DNA from: Orbicella franksi
Taxonomy: Eukaryota
Assembly: GCA_964199315.1 (NCBI GenBank)
Contig: OZ116699.1
Location: 37,386,001 to 37,450,000, forward strand
Length of the DNA stretch: 64,000 nt
Reading direction: 5' to 3'
Below are positions 1-33,641 of this stretch, in pieces; position 1 is the stretch's first letter, and every line of letters starts with the position of its first letter. The notes under the pieces were generated by a model that was not told the origin of the DNA, searched no databases, and was given only the letters and a program-made list of their open reading frames with translations. A program made the translations under genes and the position numbers.

Positions 1-250
1 GAACTAAGCTGTTAAACTAGGTTCCTAAAGTAGAAATACCATGGGATAGTCGCACTAACGTTTTTTGGTACTTCTTCTACTCTATAGAGTGTAGTTTGGT
101 AATAAAACATCATGACAATTTCAGTAAAATGGGGTGCATTTGTGGTTTGGGTTGGTTCCAAACATTTCCAACTCCCTACATGACCATCCTCTTTTCCCAC
201 CCCAAATCCATGACACCAAGGCCACTTAATCCAAGTAGCGCGGATATGAA

Positions 251-2245
251 GTGATTTTTGGTTATGTTTTAGGTCACCTCAAAAGTTATGACCCACTGTA
301 CAAAAGAAATGGATTGCATTCTCCAATAGTGAGGAATCTCTATCAACGTCATTATAGCCCAATTGGAGCCAGGACTCTGTCACAGATCGAATATGAGCTA
401 CAACAAATTGAGAACAGGATGGATGAAGAAGAGGAAGAAGAAAGCACTGGGGGATCTGCAGCAGTGGAAGAGGAAGAAGGAGAGGAGGAAGAAGGAGAGA
501 AGGAGGAGGAAGAGGAGGAAGAGGCAGGAGAAGAGGAAGAAGAAGAGGAGGAAGAGGAAGGAGAGAAAGAGGAAGAAGAANNNNNNNNNNNNNNNNNNNN
601 NNNNNNNNNNNNNNNNNNNNNNNNNNNNNNNNNNNNNNNNNNNNNNNNNNNNNNNNNNNNNNNNNNNNNNNNNNNNNNNNNNNNNNNNNNNNNNNNNNNN
701 NNNNNNNNNNNNNNNNNNNNNNNNNNNNNNNNNNNNNNNNNNNNNNNNNNNNNNNNNNNNNNNNNGGAAGAGTGGGAACAAGAAAAAGGTGAAGAAGAGG
801 AAGAAGAGGAAGAGGAACAAGGTGAAGAAGAAGAAGAGGAAGAAGAAGAGGAAGGAGAGGAGGAAGAGAAAGAAGAAGAGATGGAAGGCGAGGAGGTGGA
901 AGAAGAGGAAGAAGAAACAGGAGAAGAGGAGGAGGAAGAGGAAGAGGAAGCTGGTGAAGAGGAAGAGGAGGAAGAAGAAGCAGCTGGTGAAGAAGAAGAA
1001 GAGGAGGAGGAAAATGAGGGTGAAAAAGTAGAGGAGCAAGAGGAAGAGGAGGGTGAAAAAGAAGAGGAGGAAGAGGAAGAGGAAGGCGAGAAGGCAGAAG
1101 AAGAGGAAGAAGAAATGGGAGAATGGATGGAGGAAGAAGAAGAAGAAAAGGGAGAAAAAAATGAGGAAGAGGAGGAGGAGGAGGGTGAAAAAGAAGAAGA
1201 AGCCGAAATTGAAGAGGGAGACAAAGAGGAAGAGGAGGAAATAGAACAAGGCAAAAAAGAAGAAGAGGAAGAAATAGAGGAAGGCAAGAAAATAGAAGAA
1301 GAGGAGATTGAGCAAGGTGAAAAGGAAGAGGAAAAGGAAATAGAAGAAGGCAAAACTGAAGAAGAGGAGGAGATTGAAGAAGGTGAAGAGGAAGAAGAAG
1401 AGAAAATTGAGGAGGGTGAAAAAGAGGAGGAAAAAGAAGAAGAGGAAGGTGAAAAGGAAGAGGAGGAGGAAGCTGAGACAGGTGAATACGAAGAAGAGGA
1501 AGAAGAAGAAGAAGGTGAAAAAGAGGCAGAAGAGGAAGAGGAACAGGGAGAGAAGGAAGAGGAGAAGGAGGAAGAAGAAGGAAAAGAGGAAGAGGAGGAG
1601 GAAGAAGAGAAGGGTGAGGAACAGGAGGAAGAGGAGGAAGAGGCTGGTGAAAAGGAGGAGGAAGAGGAGGAGGAAGAGGGTGAGAAAGAAGAGGAGGAGG
1701 NNNNNNNNNNNNNNNNNNNNNNNNNNNNNNNNNNNNNNNNNNNNNNNNNNNNNNNNNNNNNNNNNNNNNNNNNNNNNNNNNNNNNNNNNNNNNNNNNNNN
1801 NNNNNNNNNNNNNNNNNNNNNNNNNNNNNNNNNNNNNNNNNNNNNNNNNNNNNNNNNNAAAGAGGAGGAGGAGGGAGGTGAGAAAGAAGAAGAGGAGGAA
1901 GAAGAGGAGGGAGAAGAAGAACAGGAGGAGGAGGAAGAAGAAGGTGAAAAGGAGGAAGAAGAGGNNNNNNNNNNNNNNNNNNNNNNNNNNNNNNNNNNNN
2001 NNNNNNNNNNNNNNNNNNNNNNNNNNNNNNNNNNNNNNNNNNNNNNNNNNNNNNNNNNNNNNNNNNNNNNNNNNNNNNNNNNNNNNNNNNNNNNNNNNNN
2101 NNNNNNNNNNNNNNNNNNNNNNNNNNNNNNNNNNNNNNNNNNNNNNNNNNNNNNNAAAGGAGACAAACAAGGACTTACAAAAGAAAGACGTACTAACCTA
2201 CTGAAACTTCTAAAAAAGATGAAACTGGAGTTGGACAGTGCTTAA
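251..2245 (+). CDS. Glu-rich low-complexity protein; probably the large terminal exon of a gene starting left of the window
   Basis: One open frame from 251 (GTG) to TAA at 2243-2245. A good acceptor (tttttggttatgttttag|G) lies at 272/273. A unique segment GHLKSYDPLY...QQIENRM is followed by about 1.7 kb of G-E-K-E(4-8) repeats and a basic tail KGDKQGLTKERRTNLLKLLKKMKLELDSA*. The Glu frame is identical on both sides of all three N-runs. Confidence 0.6.
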   Translation: MIFGYVLGHLKSYDPLYKRNGLHSPIVRNLYQRHYSPIGARTLSQIEYELQQIENRMDEEEEEESTGGSAAVEEEEGEEEEGEKEEEEEEEAGEEEEEEEEEEGEKEEEEXXXXXXXXXXXXXXXXXXXXXXXXXXXXXXXXXXXXXXXXXXXXXXXXXXXXXXXXXXXXXXEEWEQEKGEEEEEEEEEQGEEEEEEEEEEGEEEEKEEEMEGEEVEEEEEETGEEEEEEEEEAGEEEEEEEEAAGEEEEEEEENEGEKVEEQEEEEGEKEEEEEEEEGEKAEEEEEEMGEWMEEEEEEKGEKNEEEEEEEGEKEEEAEIEEGDKEEEEEIEQGKKEEEEEIEEGKKIEEEEIEQGEKEEEKEIEEGKTEEEEEIEEGEEEEEEKIEEGEKEEEKEEEEGEKEEEEEAETGEYEEEEEEEEGEKEAEEEEEQGEKEEEKEEEEGKEEEEEEEEKGEEQEEEEEEAGEKEEEEEEEEGEKEEEEXXXXXXXXXXXXXXXXXXXXXXXXXXXXXXXXXXXXXXXXXXXXXXXXXXXXXKEEEEGGEKEEEEEEEEGEEEQEEEEEEGEKEEEEXXXXXXXXXXXXXXXXXXXXXXXXXXXXXXXXXXXXXXXXXXXXXXXXXXXXXXXXXXXXXXXXKGDKQGLTKERRTNLLKLLKKMKLELDSA

Positions 2246-2402
2246 AATATACAAAGGTTTGGGCAATACCAATCACAATGACTCTGTGATCATTTTAGGG
2301 GATAGAGGAATACAAAAAACAAACTTGCCAAGACCTGTGTCACTGACATTAAATCACACACAATCTCAAGGAAAATTGGCATGCCATCAAGAGGTCACTT
2401 AA

Positions 2403-3050
2403 GGTGGCTCAAAACAGTTTCCAGCACTTAGATTTTGATTAGTCATTATAACCACTCTTTATCACTTGATGCTACAATCACGGTATCAAAACACTGCCCA
2501 ATCATTGGTGAACATGTTGTTATCATTTTTGTGACACAATAGGTTACTCTAGCAAAAGTATGACCTGCTAAAACACCCTTAATTACAGCTATAAGGGCTT
2601 ATAATTCAAAGCGGCATGGTGAATATTTTTAATATTATCAAATTTTGATAAGCATGATGAGATGCAACTTTTGGCAAAGTTTCAAAACATTCTGTACATA
2701 GGGTTCAGAGCCACCTTAAAATTTCAAAACTTTAAGGTGGCTCTGAACCCTATGCACAGAATTTTTTAAAACTTTGCCAAAAGTTGCATCTTATCATGCT
2801 TATCAAAATTTGGTAATAATAAAAAATTTAACCATGCCAGTTTTGAATTATAAGCCCCTAAAGCTATAATTAAGGGTGTCTTTAGCAGATAATACTAATG
2901 CTATGATAGCCTATTATGTCACGAAAATAATAACAACCTGTTCACCAATAAATGGGCATTTTTTTGATACCATGATTGAAGCATCAAGTGATAAAGAATG
3001 GTTATAATGACCAATCAAAGTCTAAGTGCTGGAAACTGTTTTGACCCACC
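2403..3050. mobile_element. Inverted dimer of a ~313-bp TTAA-flanked MITE (Kolobok-type ends)
   Basis: TTAA|GGTGGCTC...GAGCCACC|TTAA at 2403-2715, a 12-bp spacer, then TTAA|GGTGGCTC...CCCACC|TTAA at 2736-3050. The second unit is the reverse complement of the first. A TTAA TSD with purine-purine termini is the Kolobok signature. Confidence 0.75.
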
Positions 3051-3273
3051 TTAAAGCAAAGCACTTGCAAATATTAACTTCAATTTTTATGTGAAAAGCA
3101 ACAAAAAAATGCAATCTTGTAAAAAGGATCTTTCTATTTCATTCAAAAAGAGCTCTGTCACAAGACAGTTCATCCTAAAACACATGCCCGTAATGTTTGC
3201 AGCTGTTTGTGATCTGCCTTAATCTTCTTTGGGCTATTATATATTAAATTTTTTTGTTGTTTTTCTACCTTAA

Positions 3274-3470
3274 AGGACCCTAGTCAGCCTCTGCCATTTT
3301 CCATGCCATTAAAATTATTGTTATTGCATGGTGAAGTAAAATCTTATTGCTTCACTGTAAATTGTGTTTCTGAGAGTATGTTTAATTATCTGTAGTAGCT
3401 TCACAGTGACTTCCTTTGTTTTGACATGGTCCAAATAAAATACAATAGCCAAACTCCTGCATGTAAACAC

Positions 3471-3498
<28 letters not shown>
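3274..3498. mobile_element. 225-bp non-autonomous DNA transposon, Kolobok-type
   Basis: TTAA|AGGACCCTAGTCAGCC ... GGCTGACTAGGGCCCT|TTAA: 16-bp TIR with one mismatch and a TTAA TSD. Confidence 0.75.
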
Positions 3499-3502
<4 letters not shown>

Positions 3503-4299
3503 AAAAACACTATTACTGACAATTTATTTCAAATATGAGGTTTCTTTCAGTATGAAATGACTTAAAACTTTGCAGCAATTAGCTCTTTTAATAAATAATG
3601 TTTGCAACAGGAATATCATGAAATTGAACCACAAGCGTTTTTTTCAACAAGCATCTTCAGACTTTAATGTAAGCTTTTTAATGTGTAAATGATTAAATAG
3701 CATTTTAAAAGAGAAACAAACTTTGGTCTTCTTTTTTAGACTACAAGTGAGCAGATCGATATGAGTCCAGATTTCTTGTCAGTCAACTAGTTGAAAACAT
3801 AATTGGAACTGACATTGTCCTATGTTAGGAGGCCCTTTTTTTCAGGAAACACGTAAAAAAACATCAGAAACAACAGTATTTGAGAGTGAATCCTAATTAA
3901 TTTGAAGTTGATTTATGGGAGTATAATTTTCTCACAACTCTCAATTGTCAATCAAAACCGCCAGGAGATATTAACATATAATTTATAAAATTTATGAACA
4001 ACATTTATCTTGACATTTTCTGTCCAGCTGACAAGAATCAAGTCTTGGTGCATTTTTATCAAAATGTGGCAATTACCTAATGGTGGTGTGGACAGAGGAT
4101 TTTAGAGAGGGGGATTTGAGATATCCACTAGGGGGAACCGGGTGAATCCTATCCTGGAAAATTTTTTAAATTGAGGTCCTTGCAAATGGGATTTCTGGCA
4201 TTCTGAGGCCAAGTCAGCAAGTTATAATTTGTTTAATTTAGGGGTTGAAGATCGAAGCACAGCCAGGATGAGACATAATCAAAATTACAATAAAAACAT

Positions 4300-5483
4300 T
4301 CGCTGTCTAAAAATTTTCAAAAAAGAACATGAGCTTTCGGCTGTTGTTCTACAGCCTTCAACAGATCAAAAATGGAATGCAAAATAATAAAATATATCCA
4401 AGAAAAGGCGAGATAAAAATAATAAAAAGGACAAAAGCAAAGTAAAAATGTGTAAATTAGGTGACTATTGTTTAAAAAGAATACTAAACTTGATTGGAAT
4501 CAGCTTAGAATTATTGTCAGCATGCTTGGTCACAAAGGTGTGCCAAGCTTCCAAAGTTTTTCTAATGCGAAAGGAGCCTTTTCAATGATGCTAGAATTGC
4601 CAAAATCTATGCGATAGTTGAATGACCATGCATGGTTCGCAATGTTTGATCCATTAGCACATGTTTTGACATTCCTGATATGTTCTTTCTTACGAGTTTC
4701 AAAACACCGCCCAATTTCGCCTACATAACACAATCGGCACAGGGTGTTTTATAAATCACTTTCGGTTAATGTTCAATAGCTGGTCTGAATTTGGGAGAAG
4801 GAAATTCTTGTTGCAAAGTCTTGAAGGGCTTATTTACAACTTGAATGTCGTACCTTCAAAGAATTCTAGTCAGTGGTTGTGTGACACCATTGATGAAGGG
4901 AAGGACAGCAAAACTGTTAGGATTCTCTTGAGGCACAGCCCATTTAAAAAACATTCAAACAAATTCTTCAGGTGTGGGGATGGCATGGGGATGGCATATT
5001 GATTGTGTTGGAAATAACATAGGAGAGACAGTTGTTGGCTCGTAGAGAATCAGTGACGTGGTTGATTTCGGTATTTTCCCTTGTGATGTACCAGGGAGTT
5101 TAATTGCACAGTGTAAGAGGGTCTCAGCTGTGCTAATCTTGTGGTGTTTGTCATGGTGAGAAGAAAAGTCTAAATATCTGTCCGTGCGGGTTGCTTTGCA
5201 ATATACACCAATATTGACTGTGTTATCCTCGTAGGAAACCAAAGTATCTAAGAAAGAAATATGTTGGTCAGATTCCTCCTCAATAGTGAATAAGATGTGT
5301 GGATCAATGGAATTAAGTGTAGCATGAAAGGAGTTGACAGCATTCCTTTTGATGATACAAAAACTGTCATCCACATAGCGTTTCCATACTTTAGGTTGTA
5401 CTTCAGACGTGTTGATGGCCACTTCTTTGATCGCTTCCATGCACGAGTCGCCACCACAGGGCTGACAGGGCTACCCATCATGT
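4300..5483 (-). mobile_element. Decayed, 5'-truncated Penelope-like retroelement (RT plus GIY-YIG endonuclease)
   Basis: Frameshifted RT segments MGSPVSPVVA / WKRYVDDSFCII...FTIEEE...FLD...TDRYLDFSSHH, a GIY-YIG segment YVGEIGRCFETRKKEH...IANHAW, and a PLE-like 3' end (ctgttgaaggctgtagaacaacagccgaaagctc on the minus strand). Multiple frameshifts and stops. Confidence 0.85.
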
Positions 5484-6367
5484 TCTTTTTTGAAAATTTT
5501 TAGCCAATGAATGTTTTTATTGTAATTTTGATTAATTCAGGGGGTTTAACCCCTAATCCCCCCCCCCCCCCCCCCAGAGCAGCCCCAGCTATGAAGCTCA
5601 GAAATCAACTTTGTTTGTCATTGCTGCTGGAGTTTCTTTGTCAATACTTTAGACCGTGAAATAATTGTAAGGAAAGAGTCACAAAAGGGAGCATTAGTAA
5701 CCCCCTGTCAGATTTAAACTTTTGGGGCAGCCTTAAATATTGACCACGGACCAAGTTGACTATCAATCATTGACCAAATGATCACTTAACCACTCCCATA
5801 TAGGCATATTTTAAATAACGTTTTTATATGAACATCAAAGTCATGACACACACTGGACAACTTAATGTATCCACTTGTAACCTCCTTAGGCCAAGATTTA
5901 CATCGTACATACACTTATAGAATGTAGCATTCACATTTTATCTTTTTCTTAATTCCAGTTTTTGTTATATTTATTATTATAAAACATTTTTTTTATAAAT
6001 TAACAAGATTTAAATTTGCATGCACTTTTCTCACCATTTCCTACTCAACAAACCTGGATCTGACTTATTGATAGTTTTGCTCATGGAAATATAATTATTA
6101 TCAAATGAAGCAAAGCTTCACATAATGAGCAAAGTATACTGAGTTTGAAGTCTATTGTTTCAAAAATTGACATGACCATAGCTGTCCCACTTAGTTCCAA
6201 CACTTAAATAATAAATAAGCTAGTCACCATGCATATTATTGCCATGCAGTTATAGTATTTGGAAACAGTACTGTAAACTTGAGAAAATGTCATTCAAGAT
6301 TGACAATGATTAATCACAAGCTAAGAGCCTCAAGCTAGAATGTGAATGATCCAGATCATAAGGTAAA

Positions 6368-9099
6368 TCACTTTTCTTCTGACCTTAATTGTGGTAGACA
6401 GAAGTTATAGAAAGAATCTGACTTGAAAACTTCCTCCAAGTGCTTCCACTTAACCCAGCCATCATTTTGAAGGAGTGTTTTGTCAGCTTTTCCATAAAAA
6501 TGTGGATCCTACAGAGAAGAGAATTTATTTTTATTTTTGATTTATTGAGCAAGAATTCAGTATCTGGCTGACCTTTTGCCATGGTCACATAAGCATGTTG
6601 CAACAGATAATTATATAACAGGTGAAGAATAAAGAAGTCCCCCATGAATATTGACCAGGAATACAAATCCTCAACTTTAAAATAGCTTTTGTTGCAGTTC
6701 TCAGCAGATTGACATAAAAATGAGGTGATTTAAAATGAGGTCATTCATATTTTGTTGGCTGATTTGCTTTAGAACCAATTTGCCCTCCTTGTGTGTGAAC
6801 TTGATATTGCAGGCTCACCTGCGGCAACACCTACTGAAGTTGTAACAGAGTACTGAGTACAGTGAACGTACAGGAGATAGTGTGGGTTACTCATCCACAA
6901 TCCTTTTTTAATTATTTCTTTACCAAAAACATAGGCAGTATTTCCATGCTAGATAGAGTTTCTATTGTCTAGTATCACAATATAAACTGACACCTAGGTA
7001 TCAAATGGGTCTTACTGCAATCAAGAAGTGAAAACCTCTGTTTGTCCTGCAAACACCAACTAATGTCTTGGAAGAAGCATCCATATCTCCACCTTATAAG
7101 TAGAACATAAAATTGAAAAAACAGTTTCATTTAATCACCACTCCATAGAAATTTACTTATTGACACAGCATCTTATTCCAGGTCAGCAATTCAAAACAAT
7201 GTGGTTCAATTTCAAGCTTGTGCAGTCTCCTAATCCAGTAGCATTATATACTGAAAATTGTCTCCAGGGCCGGCTTGTTCGAAAGCCAGTTAACGCTAAC
7301 CCAGGATTAAAAGTTAATCAAAGTAACCATTTTTCTTGTATAAAAATGTTTTTCATGCTTATGTTTTGTGTAGTTTGAGATTTTTCAAACTCAAACCTGA
7401 AGGACAAACAATATAAACAGAAAACAGCACCCAAAGTTACAAAACTGAAATCAAAATTCTCACTAATTTTGGGTTATCTTGATCAGGCTTTGAGAAACCC
7501 AGCCCAGGTACATAATAGGATACAGGCAGAACTTCCTTCACTCTTGGCCATATTATACCCTGGGGTAATGGGCCAGACATAGGTGAAATATATTGCTCAA
7601 AACAAGTTACCTATCATGACTGGTGAGCCAAAGTGTTTAAAATGTTCCAGGAGAACTAATGTCACTTCTTGTTCAGCACAGTCCCCTCTTGCGACATGGA
7701 CAATTTTGCTACAAACCTGAAAAAAAATATTTACTCTGACATTACAGTCATGCACCATTTTTAACAGCACACACACAGACAATGTTTCAGTTCAATACAA
7801 TATGAAGTTCTTTGCTATATAGAGGGATCTCTTGTGTACAATTTTTAATAACTGTACTTAAAAGCAAAAACAAATGCTTGCAAGAGTATAAAATGTACTT
7901 ATTGAAAGGGTTGTCACAAAGTTTTAAGGTAGCTTTGCTCGTTGGAGTTGCTGGCTGAATTTGCAATCTTTTCAAAAGAACTGGAAGACTAAGCCAGCAG
8001 GGTTGCTAGCTGAGATGGTGAATTTTGCCAGCAGCCTGCTATACTTTTGACAACCCTTTTATCAGGTCCAGTCAAACCTACTCCAAACGTTTCATCCATA
8101 TAAAGACAAGCTTCCACAGAACCAATCCATTCCCTTGAGCCAATGAAAGAGCTTGGCTTGTCACCGATATCCACCAAAGTCTGCTGTATCTCACGAAGAC
8201 TTGGTACCAGTGGAACCTCTCTTTTACTTTTCAAGACATGACGTACCCATGAACAAATGGTCTGAAGTGTCCTGTAGCCACAACCCCAACCCTTCAATAA
8301 AAAATGTGCAGTATGATAAATTAATTTTGTATTAAATCAAATTTAAATTTTCTTTTTTTAACACTACACATTAACAGAGGATAATTTCAGTGTGATAAAG
8401 CAGTGATTACAACCCATATCTGGCCATTAGCAAAGTCCCCAGACTGGAGCAGATCTAGGGTTTGGTGAAGGGCCCTTCTAGGGGGGTCTGTGGGAATGGG
8501 ATCAATGAGTAACATTCTCCGAGGTTGTTGAAGTCAAATTTGGCGGCTACAGAATCAAGAATTTGTTTAACCTAGCATGCATGCAATCTTCTCCTAGTGC
8601 CTTAAGGCTTCAAATATTTGAAAGTAGACTGTCCAAGTGCTTCCCTCTACTTCAACAGACTGTCCAAGTGTGTCATTTCTTCTTCAGGGAAAAGTGTTCT
8701 TGCACGCCTTGCGTGCCTATGTTCATGTTTTCTGGCCGGGAAAAAAAAAATATTACGAATAAATGAATGAATGAAAACTTTATTAACGTGTCGGTGTATT
8801 TACTAAGTCGTGTCAGTGTTATCACTAAGTCTTCTTCTGGCTTTTTGATCTACTAACATTTTCTGAGTCAGATTCCATCTTGCCACAGGATTTCTAGATC
8901 AAAATTTGATAACAAGGAGTCGAAAAGCTAAAAAACAGCCTTTGAGCTTCACTGCTTAATTGTCCTACACTCACCTATGACTCACCCTGTCATCTATTCC
9001 ATCCACATTGTAATGGTAGAACTCATATTTGCCCCGGACAATAGCAGACTCAACGACTTCCGAAGGTAAATCCAGGCCCTCGTGTACATCACCCAACAT
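6368..9099 (-). CDS. UFSP1: Ufm1-specific protease 1 (short UFSP, peptidase C78), 215 aa
   Basis: Exons 9099-8986, 8291-8082, 7716-7611, 7092-7016, 6508-6368; all GT-AG and phase-consistent. The protein MLGDVHEGL...[14 protein letters not shown]|[11 protein letters not shown]...EWIGSVE...GGDMDASSK...DPH...FYNFCLPQ contains the catalytic Cys box and Asp-Pro-His box and lacks the long N-terminal domain of UFSP2. Confidence 0.92.
7262..7510. repeat. Short MITE-like interspersed repeat in UFSP1 intron 3
   Basis: Imperfect inverted ends (cagggccggcttgttcgaaagc...taacccagg ... gggttatcttgatcaggctttgagaaacccagcccag). Boundaries approximate. Confidence 0.5.
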
Positions 9100-9539
9100 A
9101 TCGATCACTCCACATTTCACGATCACAACACTATGACGCCCGCGAAATACTGGTCAGACACTAAAAGTAAAAGATATGCGCGTTGCTAAATCAGGGGGAA
9201 CTTCTACAACATTCTCTGGGGAGGAGATAAATTCAGCAAAAGCGTTAATTTACATTTTGACTCACGTTACAACAAGTATATTGTTCGAATGATCAGCAAG
9301 TTCTCATTTTAATGTCAATTACTAAGAAGGAAGTTGAATCTTACAAGATTATAACAAACAGAAGTTCCTGTCTTTAACTACGATATCACCCTCCCCCACT
9401 GGGTGACAATAGCTCTTGGCACATTTCGCGATTATTCTGCTGTTCGAACTTTCACTTCCTTGGTGAGTTTGTTGGCAAGTTGTCTTTCTGCTAACGAAAA
9501 TAACCATCAGATTTCTCTTGAGGATCTCTGTGACCAGGA
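9100..9539. promoter_or_regulatory. Putative bidirectional promoter shared by UFSP1 and USP47
   Basis: The divergent start codons at 9099 (minus) and 9540 (plus) are 440 bp apart. This interval must hold both 5' UTRs and both promoters unless non-coding first exons lie elsewhere. Confidence 0.6.

Positions 9540-33641
<24,102 letters not shown>

Noticed and set aside
21-254. 77-codon open frame on the plus strand upstream of the Glu ORF (VPKVEIPWD...SADMK*)
   Set aside because: No recognisable homology, it ends in a stop, and it is in a different frame from the Glu ORF. It cannot be judged without sequence to the left of the window.
352-2204. Long Ser-rich, Phe/Leu-rich and Lys/Arg-rich ORFs overlapping the Glu ORF
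   Set aside because: These are shadow frames of a GAR-rich tract that rarely produces stops. Only the Glu frame has unique flanks, a splice acceptor and continuity.
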